Shown here one piece after another: positions 24,687-37,474 of a DNA stretch of 64,000 nt. The first letter of the stretch is position 1. Every line of letters begins with the position of its first letter. The DNA comes from Octopus sinensis (taxonomy: Eukaryota). Both the position numbers and the translations under genes were made by a program. Under the pieces are notes generated by a model that did not search any database, had not been told where the DNA came from, and saw only the letters and a list, made by a program, of their open reading frames with translations. The stretch lies in assembly GCF_006345805.1 (NCBI RefSeq), contig NC_043010.1, positions 27,900,001 through 27,964,000 of the forward strand, in the 5' to 3' direction.

Positions 24687-25094
24687 GGCACTGAGATGTC
24701 GATCCTTTCATATACATAACAAATAAAACCCACGTTAGATCACTGCTCAAATTGATTATTACTCTTCCATCTCTGTTAATTAACCGTCCTCTGCCTCATC
24801 AATAACTTGATTATACTCCCACATTGTAATTAAGTTTCATGCTGTTATTTGTGATGTCGAAAAAACTTATCAAATAATCATATCTACCTATTAACGCACA
24901 TATTTAGATCGTTACTGAAATATACGTTACACACATAGTCACGCATTCTGGATTTCATCAGTTTAAAATATCGTTCGTAAACAGTACTTCGATTCTGAGA
25001 TTAGAAGAAAGACTGTAACACTCCTGAGATCATGAACAGTATTTTACGGGCACGCCTGAACAACATTTTCTCAATTTAACGCGACCATTTAGAC

Positions 25095-25516
25095 CAGTAA
25101 TTCTCAACCACTTTGATCCCTGTTTTGCTCGGATGGACTCTCCTAGCCATTCGATGTTTAACCCTTCAGCATTTAAACCGACCTTATCTGACCAAAATAT
25201 TCTACCCATTATAAATATTCTAAACGTTTCAATCGGTTTTAAGTTGAAAGTGGCCGGATTTAGCCTCACACTTGCTTTACAATGTCGTTGTAAAAATAAG
25301 CAACCAAATCATTGAAGTCTCAAAGCTAGATGATGCCTAATTTATTAAAAATATTGTGAATAAATAAGTGTTGCATTTAGTAGAGTAAACTGAATGCTAA
25401 AGGGTTTTTTAAAATCCTATTGTATAATAGAAATTGTTAAAATATTTCGTGAATCAATTAATTGAAGATAAACTTTAAACGCAAAATCTTATCTGGACTC
25501 CGGTTGAGAAGCACTG
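25095..25516. mobile_element. hAT (Charlie-like) MITE
   Basis: TIR CAGTAATTCTCAACC/GGTTGAGAAGCACTG; TSD ATTTAGAC/ATCTAGAT. Confidence 0.8.
25162..25404. mobile_element. Nested piggyBac-like MITE
   Basis: TTAA-CCCTTCAGCATT ... AATGCTAAAGGG; a 3' half of the same family lies at about 55420-55533. Confidence 0.75.
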
Positions 25517-26137
25517 ATCTAGATGTAGGATGTCATTGAGCATTATGTCTGAAAGTTAGACGGAACGAACGCTGCTGGGGTGTCTTTGACTGTAGTCTTC
25601 TGGGTGAATCTAAACTTAGAAGTCAAACGACAACTAAGGAAGCAGAACATCAAGGTATCATGTTAATCTCGGATTGGAGACTTAATCCCAATGCTTACGT
25701 TTCAGATTAGATCTTTCATTAAAGATAATCAGTGAAAAATGGACGGCGCATATGACTTCGTTCATAGCTGGATGTGATTAACGAAGCACTTGTTAATTTT
25801 ACTGCTTGCGAACATTTTCTGTTGAGTGCATAACATTTGCTTACAGCTTGGTGTGTGGGGAGTTGAATGTTTCAGAAGATGGAAAACAAGGACCGGTATT
25901 GTTAGCACATCAAATTAGGATCGAGAACAGGGGTGGGGCGTGCATCTCTTAAAATTGGGCGGTGGGGACAATGAAAATGTTTGAACGTCCTCTTGGAAAA
26001 CTTCATGTCCAAAATGAACGAGAGTAGAGACAGTTTTAGAGTGGTCTCAAACATCACTTTTCCATTAATGGATTAATCTGATTTCATTGACGTACAAATA
26101 TAATAATAATTACTATCAACATACTCATGTTCGAAGG

Positions 26138-26750
26138 CAGCAAGCTGGCAAAATCATTAGCACGCTGGACAAAATGCTTAACGGTATTTCGTTCGTCGCT
26201 ACGTTCCGAATTCAAATCCCGCCGAAATCGGCTTTGCCTTTTGAGGTCGATAAATTAAGTCCTAGTGAAACGATTTGATCGATTGGTCCCTTCCCCCAAA
26301 GTTTTAGGCCTTGTGCCTTTAGCAGAATGGTTTAAGGCGACGAACTGGCAGAAACGTTAGCACGCCGGGCGAAATGCTAGGCAGTATTTCGTCTGCCGTT
26401 ACGTTCTGCGTTCAAATTCCGCCGAGGTCGACTTTGCCTTTCATCCTTTCGGAGTCGATTAAATAAGTACCAGTAACGCACTGGGGTCGATATAATCGAC
26501 TTAATCCGTTTGTCTGTCCTTGTTTGTCCTCTCTGTGTTTAGCCCCTTGTGGGTAGTAAAGAAATAGGTATTTCGTCTATCTTTACGTTCCGAGTTCAAA
26601 TTCCGCCGAGTTCGATTTTGCCTTTCATCCTTTCGAAGTCGATAAATTAAGTACCAGTTGCCTACTGGGGTCGATCTAATCGACTGCCTCCCCCCCCCCC
26701 AAAAAAAAAAATTTCAGGCCTTGTGCCTTGAATAGAAAAGTATAATTATG
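26138..26750 (+). mobile_element. Three tandem SINE family B units; the middle one has a Tx1-like tail
   Basis: Units at about 26138-26330, 26334-26566 and 26567-26750. Confidence 0.9.
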
Positions 26751-27778
26751 TTTCGTTTTAATATTAAGATTGAAGAAATCGACCTTGTTCGTAAAAAAAT
26801 TTAGACTTTGGTTTGCACCCCTTAAGCAAATTTCATTCCGGCACTTATGCAAACCATTTCCCCTTCAGCAGATAGACAAGCATCCTTCTGATACAAATTG
26901 TTGCTGTTGTTGTTTAACCCCAAGTAGGGCTCTCACCCAAAACACCTATGGTCAAAGACATTCCAGTCGCAATCAGTCCAGCATAGTATGACCGAACGGT
27001 TAACAAGTTTGCTTCGCAAACATGAGACCCCAGGTTCGATTCTACTGCGTTCGATCAGCAACTGTCATTTTCTATAACCTCGACTCGACTCACACATGGT
27101 GAGTAAAAATTCGTTAACGGAAACTGTAGAGAAGTCCTTCAGCTGAATTGTACTTGTAATTCAAGAAAATACAGCCCTGTCACACTCTTTCTCAACCTGA
27201 CTCTACCTAAGATGCGAATTACTTTAAGGGCGCGCGTGTCTGTGGAATACTCGGCCATTTGCAAATTATTTCAAGAGTAGGTTTATCTAGTTCATCAAAC
27301 AACCGAATACGCATTGTTGAGTGACGGAGATCCACTAATGTGTCTAGTACTTCATTATACAATATGCTTCTTGGTAATGCTTTTGTCGCTTAGCCTCGGA
27401 CCAGTCTGCGTCCAGCTGATCAAAGACATCATTCCAGCTGTGACCATATTATAACTTTTTATGTCCACCATTTTAAAAACAGTATGTGGCGTGACTTGAA
27501 GATTATTTTAGTGGCTATTTCTAGCAAGTTCATCAACCACATAGTGACTCTTTCGCTGTCCTTACACCGACTAAGGATTTTAACCTGCGACCTATAAGCT
27601 GATAGTTAAATACTTTATCCATTCGGTTATTCTCTCTATGCCACCAGTCAAATCACGCTTTCAGTATGTCTGCCGAATGGAATGTTATCACGTTGGGTGT
27701 CGTCTGCTCGGATAGTCCATCCACTATGTTATTATTGATTGAATTTTAACTTGGGCAGGTATGTATACATATATATAC

Positions 27779-27810
<32 letters not shown>

Positions 27811-27957
27811 TGGGAGCGTGAATGTATGTATGTTTGCGTGTACGTATGACTGCGTCTGTTTGGGTTTATATATATAAATATGTGTGTGTGTGTACGCTCA
27901 TATGTGTATGAGTGTATATCAGGGGGGGGAATACACGCACACATTCACATACGCACG

Positions 27958-28018
<61 letters not shown>

Positions 28019-28191
28019 TCGCCGTTTATTTTAAGAACAACGAACTTTAAACATTGCATTCGACAAACAATACACTTACGCATTGACTCATAGCGACACA
28101 TACAGTCAGTCTTTCTCTCTTGCCCATTCTCTCACTCTTCAGCTCTTTCTCTCATTCACTCTCCATTAACCCCCTTCTCTCTATCGATACA

Positions 28192-28230
<39 letters not shown>

Positions 28231-28262
28231 CTATGTATTTCTTTCTCTCTCTCTCTCTCTCT

Positions 28263-28326
<64 letters not shown>

Positions 28327-28649
28327 GTATGTATCTTGCTGTCATCCACTCTCTGCTTCTTATACTCTCTCTCTTTCTCTCTTTCTCTTTCCTACGCATG
28401 TATACAAAAGAGATAATGGCGAGAAAGAAAAAAAGAAAAGGAGAAGGAAACATGTTGAATTACCAATTATATGAAACTGAACAAAAAGCTAATGTACTAA
28501 TGGCGAGAGGAAGAGGGGGGAGGTGGGTGTGATTTATCGATTATTTCACGGCAGTTGTTATGTTGTTTAGCCCTAGGTATTCCTTGCTGCAACCCTTCCA
28601 TGATCAAAAGCACATGCAATCATAACTCTTCTTTTAATTCCTCTTTTAT

Positions 28650-28880
28650 CTTTCTCTTGTTTTCCGTCATTGCACTGCGGCCATGCTGGGGCACATCTTT
28701 GAACAAATGGACCCCCCCAATACATACTTTTTAAGCTTGGCACTTATTCTGTTGGCTACTTTTGCCAAACAGCTACGTCACTAGGATGCAAACAAACCAA
28801 CACTGGTTGTCAAGGGGTGGTGAGTGACAAACATAAATCACATAAACACAAATACACACACACATACAGACACACAAACA
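28650..28880 (-). mobile_element. SINE family A, 3' half
   Basis: GCGGCCATGCTGGGGCAC...CAAACAAACCAACACTGGTTGTCAAG. Confidence 0.7.
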
Positions 28881-29116
28881 CAGAAAGAACAAGAGAAGTG
28901 AGGTGAGCAAACATGCTTATTCTATTCGTTTACAGCTGTTTCATAACTTTGTCAGTTATATAATAGGTGTTACATCATTTTGATGAATTGTATCCTTTGT
29001 TTTCATCACTTTGGTCTCATCGTTTCTCTGTATGTTGGTGTTCCTTGACTTTACAAATCACTCTTACTTTCATAAAAGTGAAATAATTTCCTTGTGTGTG
29101 TGTGTATTAATAATGA

Positions 29117-29583
29117 GAAATACTTCAAGGATTGCGATTTTATATTTTTATTAATACATTGCTACATATGTTTCGGCATGGCATGTATTTTTATGGAACC
29201 AGCTCACAATGTCCATAGGATATTATTAAATATTATTTATTTAATAAATTTGCTTGTTGTTTAGATTTCCGGTTATTAGTCATCCTATACCAACCAAAAA
29301 GTTCTGTTAGATTAATGAATAGTCTTGTGAATTCTTGCAGACTACTAGATAGTTTGGTGTATTAATAGAGGCAAAAGGAAATCCCCCGAAAATTAATGCA
29401 AAAATTGCTTGAAGAAGTATGCATGTCGAATTAATGGGCCCCCATATGGTCTTTGGATATTATAAATAATATTTAATAATATCCTATGGATATGGTGATG
29501 TAGTCCCATAAAAATACGTTATGCTGAAACATATGTAGCAACACATTAATAAAAATATAAAGTCTCCATCTGTGAAGCATTTC
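29117..29583. mobile_element. Tail-out inverted repeat with hammerhead-like GAAACATATGTA (Penelope-like)
   Basis: Arms at 29117-29239 and 29463-29583, about 120 bp and diverged. Confidence 0.7.
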
Positions 29584-29724
29584 ATGCTATTAATGTATTT
29601 ATCCTAACTCAGCAGGTTGAGAATAATATACGGCAGCCAGCAACAAGCAACATAGGAGCTTTTATGAGCACACTGGTAGGCATTTGCCATGTACAAAATA
29701 CAAAGATATCTTTTAGCTTTTTTT

Positions 29725-29954
29725 TTATCTTTTACTTGTTTCAGTCATTTCCACGCTGGAGCACTGCCTTTAGTCAAGCAAATTGACCCCAGGACTTATT
29801 CTTTGTAAGCCTAGTACTTATTCTATTGGTCTCTTTTGCCGAACCACTAAGTTATGGGGACGTAAACACACCAGCATTTGTTGTCATGCGATGCTGGGGG
29901 GACAAACACAGACACACAAACACAAACACACAAACACACACACACACACACACA

Positions 29955-29989
<35 letters not shown>

Positions 29990-30150
29990 CACGACAGGCT
30001 TCTTTAAGTTTCCATCTACCAAATCCACTCACAAGGCTTTGGTCGGCCCGAGGCTATAGTAGAAGACACTTGCCCAAGGTGCCATGCAGTGGGAATGAAC
30101 CCGGAATCATGTGGTTGATAAGCAAGCTATTTACCTCACAGCCACTCCTG
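29725..30150 (-). mobile_element. SINE family A, full length
   Basis: Tail, (AC)n and head all present in reverse. Confidence 0.9.
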
Positions 30151-30152
30151 TG

Positions 30153-30212
<60 letters not shown>

Positions 30213-30459
30213 ATATGTATGTATATGTATATATACATATATACATAACTTCACTGCAATCTTTCTCCTCCACCTTCCTCAAACAGACAATTTGGATCAT
30301 TGAAATAAAGTTTATTTCATTGCCGAATTTTCTATTCCATCTTAGAAGCAACAAATACATAAATAAATAAATAAAATTAACAATAATAAATTCTAATAAA
30401 TACATTGAAAACAATAGGCAAGAAACAGCAATAAATGTTATGGCTTGTCTTAGAGTTGA

Positions 30460-30935
30460 TGGTGGCAGTGACGGTTGTGACAAGTGAGGTGTGCTAATAC
30501 ATATTATGGTGATGGGGTTTGGTAGTGGCTTGGAGTTCTGCTGCTCGTGAGCAGACACTTTATGGTTCTGTGAAGCTGTTGTGGTGTTATGGTAGCAGTG
30601 GTAGTGGTAGTAGTGGTCATGTTGTGATGGTTGTGCTGCTGTTGTCGGTGGTGGTGGTGATGGTGGTAATGGTGGTGATGATGGTGCTGATGGTAGGGTG
30701 ATAGTGGTGGTCATGGTGTGGTGGTTGTGCTGATGATGGTGGCAATGATGGTGCTGATTGTGGGGTGATGGTGGTGGTGGTGATGGTGGCAGCAGTGGCG
30801 GTGGTGGTGGTGGCAGTGGCGGCAGAAGCAATGGAGGTGGTGGTGGTGGTGGTGGTGGTGTTGATGGTGGTCATGATGTGGTGGTTGTGCTGATGATGGT
30901 GGCAGTGGTGGTGGTGGTGGTGGTGGGGATGGTGT
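30460..30935. repeat. Degenerate (GGT/GAT)n trinucleotide tract
   Basis: Contains a duplicated unit of about 50 bp (30703 and 30863); gives poly-P/H/T ORFs. Confidence 0.9.
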
Positions 30936-31464
30936 AATTGTAAACTGGGCAGCGTTTCAAGAATGTAACACCTTCTCGTAGCACCACAAAATTCAGAGCT
31001 ATGTCTCTCAGTCTTCACGAGCCAAAAAGGATGAGGTGTTAGGGTCCTAAAAAGAGGGATAATAACTTTTATCTTACCTGAAGCCATTTTCATCAACACA
31101 ATGCAGAAACTCTGAGATCAAGTTACTCAAAACGCATGGTGATGTCCAAACTAAATTCTTCACTTTTGGTGCAGCTTTGCAGCCAAGTTTGAAAATAAAC
31201 TGTTTAGAATAAACAATAACAAATTGGATGCCACACCAATCGATGGAAACTGGCCAATTTTGATTCCCGACTGATTAAATACTTTCTTTACTCATCCGCC
31301 TTAGATATTAATTTTTGCAGATAATTCCTTGTTGCGCTTATGCCAGGAACCAATTGCTGATCCACATGATTAATTAGTTCATCGATCAGTTAAGTGATCG
31401 ATAAATACCAAAAAAAAAAATGAAAAATATTGATCTCATTGAAAAATGTTCATTATTATTATTA

Positions 31465-31500
<36 letters not shown>

Positions 31501-31501
<1 letters not shown>

Positions 31502-31622
31502 TTTTTTTTTTCTTCTTTCAAATTTGCTTCCATTTCTTGCCGAGTGTCTTCCCGACTCCTAGGGCAAAGAAACTCATAGTATACATTGGTAGGCCATTAA
31601 ACCAAACTCAGTAGTTCGTTCA
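31501..31622. mobile_element. 121-bp repeat embedded in (TTA)n, copy 2
   Basis: Near-identical to 17981-18101. Confidence 0.85.
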
Positions 31623-31646
31623 TTTTTTTTTTTTTTTAAATTTCAA

Positions 31647-31708
<62 letters not shown>

Positions 31709-31709
31709 T

Positions 31710-31893
31710 TGCTGGATGAAATACTTAGCGGTATTTCATCTGTCTCTATGTTGTGAGTTCAAATTCCGCTGAGGTCGATTTTGCCTTTCATCCTTTCGTG
31801 GTTGATAAATTAAGTACCAGTTGCGTACTGGAGTCAATCTAATCGACTGGCCCCACCCCAAAAATTTCAGGCTTTGTTCCTAGAGGAGAAAGG

Positions 31894-31938
<45 letters not shown>

Positions 31939-32445
31939 TTTATTGTTGGATGAAATGCATAGCGGTATTTCACCCATCTCTACATTCTGAGTTCAAATTC
32001 CTCCGAGGTCAACTTTGCCTTTCATCCTTTCAGGGTCAATAAAATAAGTACCAGTTGACTACTGGGGTCGATGTAATCGACTCATCCCCAACTCCCCCAA
32101 GCTGCCCTTGTGGCAAAAATTTGTAATTATTATTATTGTTGTTGTTATTATTATTGTGGCCTTGTGCCAGAAATTTGAAATGAGCCTCATCATCATTATT
32201 ATTGTTGTTGTTGTTATCTTCATCATTAAGGCTCCAAGCTGGCACAATCATTAGCATATCAAACAAAATGTTTGATATGCTAACCTCCAGTTTTATGTCC
32301 TGAGTTCAAATTCTGCCAAGGTCAATGTTGCTTTTCATCCTTTCGGGGTCAATAAAATAAGTACCAATTGAGTATTGGGGTCAATGCAATCAACTCATCC
32401 ACTCCCTTAAAATTGCTGACCTTGTGCCAAAATTTGAAACCATTA
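31710..32445 (+). mobile_element. Head-to-tail array of 3 SINE family B copies separated by (TTA)n
   Basis: Body motif at about 31775, 32010 and 32320. Confidence 0.85.
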
Positions 32446-32547
32446 TCATGCAAACCCTTGTGGTTAATAAAGGAATCATCATCATCATCATCAGCAGCAG
32501 CAGCAGCATAATTATTAATATTATTATTAGTATTATTATTATTATAA

Positions 32548-32578
<31 letters not shown>

Positions 32579-32597
32579 TATTATTATTATCATTATT

Positions 32598-33063
32598 GAG
32601 TGAGAGAGCAGTGCATGCCATCAAAGTGACACTGGGGTAAAATATACGAACCCCAGTATACCCATCATGACTACCCATCTGATAAGGGTACACCAGGAAA
32701 TGTATCACAACCATATGTGTGCGACATGGTGATCTCATATCAAGATAAACGGCGCATGACCTTGCAGGTGGGGCCCAGTTAGAATTTTCTTCTGGTTGAG
32801 TAACCCATCCTGCTCAAAAGGTCCCTGAATAAGGTTTGTTTAAGAATGTTGAATAAAACACCTATGTTTCCAGAGGTGAATTATTCAAACCCCAAAGAAT
32901 CCCTCTCAACACATGGCTATGATGCTCCCCCACTACTTCTGTTCGTGATCAGAGATGAACATATCATCAGCCACCAAGGGACATGGTCAACTGATTCAGG
33001 TCAAACAACTGACAAGCAAATCTGTGGTATTGAGCAGAATATGTGCTGTAGCCCATCTGTTAT
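32598..33063. mobile_element. Family C repeat, opposite orientation
   Basis: Reverse complement of 19620-20086; a shorter end fragment lies at 34187-34271. Confidence 0.85.
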
Positions 33064-33067
33064 GTGA

Positions 33068-33455
33068 TCGCTGCAAGAGCAGCTGACTGGCTTCCGTGCC
33101 GGTGGCACGTAAAAACACCATTAAAATGTGATCATCACCAGCGTCGCCTTAGTGGCACATGAAAAACATTCAAGCAAGGTTGTTGCCAGTGCCACTTGAC
33201 TGGCTCCTGTGCAGGTGGCACATAAAAAACACCACTTGAGCGTAGCCTTTGACAGTACTGCCTGACTGGCCCTTGTGCCAGTGGCACGTAAAAGCACCCA
33301 CCACACTATCAGAGTGGTTGGTGTTAGGAAGGGCATCAACCTGTTGAAACTCTATCAGATCAGATTGGAGCCTGGTGCAGCCATCTGGTTCGCCATACCT
33401 CAGTCAAATTGTCCAACCCATGCTAGCAGGGAAAGCGAACGTTAAACAATGATGA
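33068..33455 (+). mobile_element. RTE 3' UTR-derived fragment
   Basis: GTGGCACGTAAAA repeats, GGCATC..., AACCCATGCTAGC terminus and (ATG/ATT)n tail. Confidence 0.75.
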
Positions 33456-33506
<51 letters not shown>

Positions 33507-33513
33507 CATTATT

Positions 33514-33544
<31 letters not shown>

Positions 33545-33889
33545 TAATATTATTTAGCCAGTTTAAAAAAGATAATCGTTTATGTTCTTTTATCTTTTTC
33601 TTTCTATTAATTTTTCCCATGATGCCATTGTACTGTTTCTATACACAGCCATAATAATAATCAGCCATAATATATAAGTTTCTGTTATCATTTTTCCGTG
33701 TAAGCTGTTAGCTGAGTAAAAAGCAACGAAACGCATATATTGCCAAAAACTGCTAATGTCTTTTATTAAATATGCAGTATATTGAATGATGCTTCGTTCA
33801 TGTTGTTGTTGTTGGTGGTGGTGGTGGTAGTTCTGGTGATGGTGTTGTTGCTGTTGTTGTTGGTGATGATGGTGGTGGTGTTATTAAGG

Positions 33890-34122
33890 CTACAAACTGG
33901 CAGAATTGATACTACACTGGACAAAATGCAATAGAGGCATTGCTCCCAGCTTTACATTCGGAGTTCAAATATTATTGAGATCAGCTTTGCCTGTCATCCA
34001 TTCAGGAGTCAATAAATTAAGTACCAGTTGAGCACTGGGGTTGATGTAAGTGACCAGTCTCCACGCCCTAAATGTCAGCTCTTGTGCCTCTAATAGAAAA
34101 ATTATTTTCATTATTATTATTA

Positions 34123-34167
<45 letters not shown>

Positions 34168-35143
34168 TATTATTATTATAATTATTGAGCGAGAGAGAGC
34201 AGTGCATGCCATCAAAGTGACACTGGGGTAAAATATACAAAGCCCAGTATACCCATCATGACTACCCATCTCCAATTGCTGTTGTTATTCAACATTTGGT
34301 AGTTTCAGGCAAATTTCTACTGCATCATCTGCTTCACCTCTGAGTTGCTGGGGTGTGTGCAGCATTGTGTGTTCTTTTTTAGTTTTGTTGTTGGGGGAGT
34401 GCAAACTCTTCTTGGTATTGTATTGCATCAATTTGTTTTGTTATGGGGTCTGGTAGCTGTCTTTCGTTGTATTAGTGTTTGTACTGTGTATTGTGTGTGT
34501 AATGCAAGTTTTGTTCTTCTGTTGGTTCTCTAGCCTGTTGGTGGTTGTTTATTTTATTGGATATTTGCTATATAGAGTGTATCTTGTTTTTGTAGATTGT
34601 TTTGTTTAGGTTGTATTTTTGAATTGATAGTATCTGTTCCTAGCAGGGCTATTTTTTGGGTAGTGTCTAGTGTTAAGGGTTCAGATTAAATGCTTAACAG
34701 CATTCCTCCCTGCTCTCTATGTTCTAAGTTAAAATTCCACCAAGGTCAACTTTGCCTTTAATTGTTTCCATTGTTGATAAAATAAGCACCAGTTGAGCAG
34801 TGGGTTTGATGTATTTAACTGAGCCCCTCCCCTTAATACTGCTGGCTTTGTGCCAAAATTTGAAACCTTTATTATTGTTGTTGTTATTAATATTATTATC
34901 ATCATCATCATCATCATTATTGTGGCGAGCTGGTAGAACCGTTAACATGACAGGTGAAATGCTTAGCGGTATTTCGTCTGTCTTCACATTCTAAATTCAA
35001 ATTCTGCTGAGGTTGACTTTGCCTTTCCTCTTTTCGAGGGTTAATAAAATAAGAACTAGTGAAACACTGGGGTTGATGGAATCAACTAGTCCCCTCCCAC
35101 AAAATTTCTGAGCTTGTGCTGTTAGTAGAAAGGATTATTATTA

Positions 35144-35204
<61 letters not shown>

Positions 35205-36295
35205 GGCAGCATGCTGGTAGTATCATTAACATGTCATACAAAATGCTTAGTAGCATTTCATCCGTCTATATGTTCTGAGTTCATATTCCACTGAAGTCAA
35301 CTATACCTTTTCATCTATTCAGGATCAATAAAATAGGAACCAGTTGAGCTCTGGGGTCAATGTAATCAACTAGCCCCCTCCCCTCAAATATCAGGCCTTG
35401 TGCCTTTAATAGAAAGGATTATTATTATTTCCATTTCACTTTTTGATTTCTCTTATTCAGACTAATTTTGTAAAAGAAGACAACAACCTGTTGTTGAGGG
35501 TCTCACAGGGTCTCTTTCCATGATACTTAACATCTAAATAACAACCTCAAAATCCTCGCTGACTGCAATAAAGCAGTTGTCCGAGCATGTTCTACTCCCT
35601 ATTCCCAAAAATTTCGGGCCTTGCACCTAGGGTAAAAAGAAATAAAAATAAAAATAAATTAAGTACTTCGGGCCTTGTGCTTAGAGTAGAAAAGATTATT
35701 ATTGTTGTCACTGTTAAGGTAATGAGCAGGTAGAATTATTAGCATGTCAAACAGAATGATTATGGGCATTTTTTTCTGTTTCTCTGCATTCTGAGTTCAA
35801 ATTCTGCTATAGTCAAATTTGCCCTTCTGCCTTTCACGGTCAATAAAATAAAGTACCTGCTAAGTACTGGGTGAATAATATCTACTAACCCCACCTCACC
35901 CTACAATTGCCAGCCTTGTCCAAAATTTAGAACAAATGTGACAAACTGGCAGAATTGTTAGCACATCAGAGAAAATTCTTCACGGGGGTTTCTTCTGGCT
36001 TTTCACAAGTTGAATTTAAATGCCACCAAGGTCAACTTAGCCATTTTATTTGCTTGGAGTTGATAAGATAAAGTACCAGTCAAGTACTGTGGTTGAAGTA
36101 ATCAACTTACCTCTGCCTTAAAATTGCTGGCCATGTGTCGAAGTTTGGACCCATTGTAAGGCAGAGAGCTGGCAGAACCATTAGCACATAACACTTTACA
36201 TGCTAAGCACATATCCTGCCAAAGTTGACTTGGTCTTTCATTTTTTTCAGGTTCAAATAAGTAAAGTACCTGTCAAGTACTCGAATGGACCCCCT
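33890..36295 (+). mobile_element. Cluster of about 7 co-oriented SINE family B copies with interspersed fragments
   Basis: Copies start near 33890, 34675, 34920, 35205, 35715, 35936 and 36160; an R4-type 3' end lies on the minus strand at 35475-35592. Confidence 0.8.
34275..34670 (-). mobile_element. Probable decayed LINE ORF fragment (R4/Dong-like)
   Basis: A/C-rich minus-strand sequence with stops; family assignment is weak. Confidence 0.35.
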
Positions 36296-36742
36296 CCTCT
36301 GTGTGTATAAGATAGATGTTATGCATAACTTCTTATGGTGTCACATGTACTCTTAGTCTGTTATTGTGTTGGTGTGGGTTTTCTAGAATTTTGTATAGAA
36401 AAGTATGCTAGTCCTCACTCAGTTTGCTTGTATGGCAGCCAAATCTCCCTCAAAAGTTCAGCTGCTATTTGTACCAAGTCAAATTGAATAAAATCCCTTC
36501 CTCATTGTTCTTGGAAAGTAACTGATTAATACATTGGATTAAATGTTGTTATTGTTGTTGTTCATGGTAACTCAGCTGACGCAATTCTGTGGCGCACCTG
36601 TAGTCAACTGAATGGTGAGGTGCAACCAACAGATGCATCTCTTTCCAGGTATATTATGCCTCTGGTAAATTAAGGACTATGTTGTACATTCTGCCACTCA
36701 GTGATAAATCATATGGGATGCAGGATAAAAGATTGGGCATAC

Positions 36743-37190
36743 TACAGTCTCTTCACTGTCCAATTGACAGTCTTGACATATTACAGTCACACAACAGTCC
36801 AGTTGAAACCCTAGATATATTGTAATCTTTTCACAATCCATTTGACACCCTGGACACACTACAGTCTCTCCACTGTCCTGTTAACAGTCTGCACATATTG
36901 CAATCTCTCTACTGTCCAGTTGACAGTCTTGACATATTACAGTCATTCTACTGTCCAGTTTACACCCAAGATATATTGCAATTTTTCCACTGTCCAGTTA
37001 ACAGTCCAGATATATCACAGACTCTTCACAGTCCAGGTGACAGCCTAGATATGTTAGTCTCCCTACTGTCCAGTTGGCTGTCAAGACATATTGCAGTCTC
37101 TCCTCTGCCCAACTAATAGCCTGGACATAATGCAGTCTCTTTGCAGTCCGGTGGACAGTTTGAACATAGTGCAGTTTTTCAACTGCCCAG
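36743..37190 (+). repeat. 39-bp minisatellite, about 11.5 diverged units, coding-like
   Basis: Consensus TGCAGTCTCTCCACTGTCCAGTTGACAGTCTAGACATAT; reads LQSLHCPVDSLDI per unit. Confidence 0.9.
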
Positions 37191-37474
37191 CCTATATTTT
37201 TGTGCCTAAGATTCTGGGATGGCCACTCCAGTGGAGGACAAATTAAACTCAATTGAAGTGTAACTGCCTTTGCATTTATTGCTAGTGATGTGCACTCTGG
37301 GTTTGTGGTTAACAGCTAAAAAATTGTTTTCTGTGCAACACTTCCCGGCTTTTACTGTGAATTATCATTTTCCCTCAAGGCATGACATGAAGGGTTCTCG
37401 TCAATTCAAAGAAACAGTAGCGGGTTTTCTTCTGCAGATTTTGGTGTTGTATAAAGCAGGTTGGCATGACTCTC

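Noticed and set aside
24950-24965. Minus-strand CTGATGA (also 42912-42925)
   Set aside because: No correctly placed stem II plus GAAA
30136-31099. Poly-Pro/His/Thr ORFs
   Set aside because: Degenerate GGT/GAT repeat open in several frames
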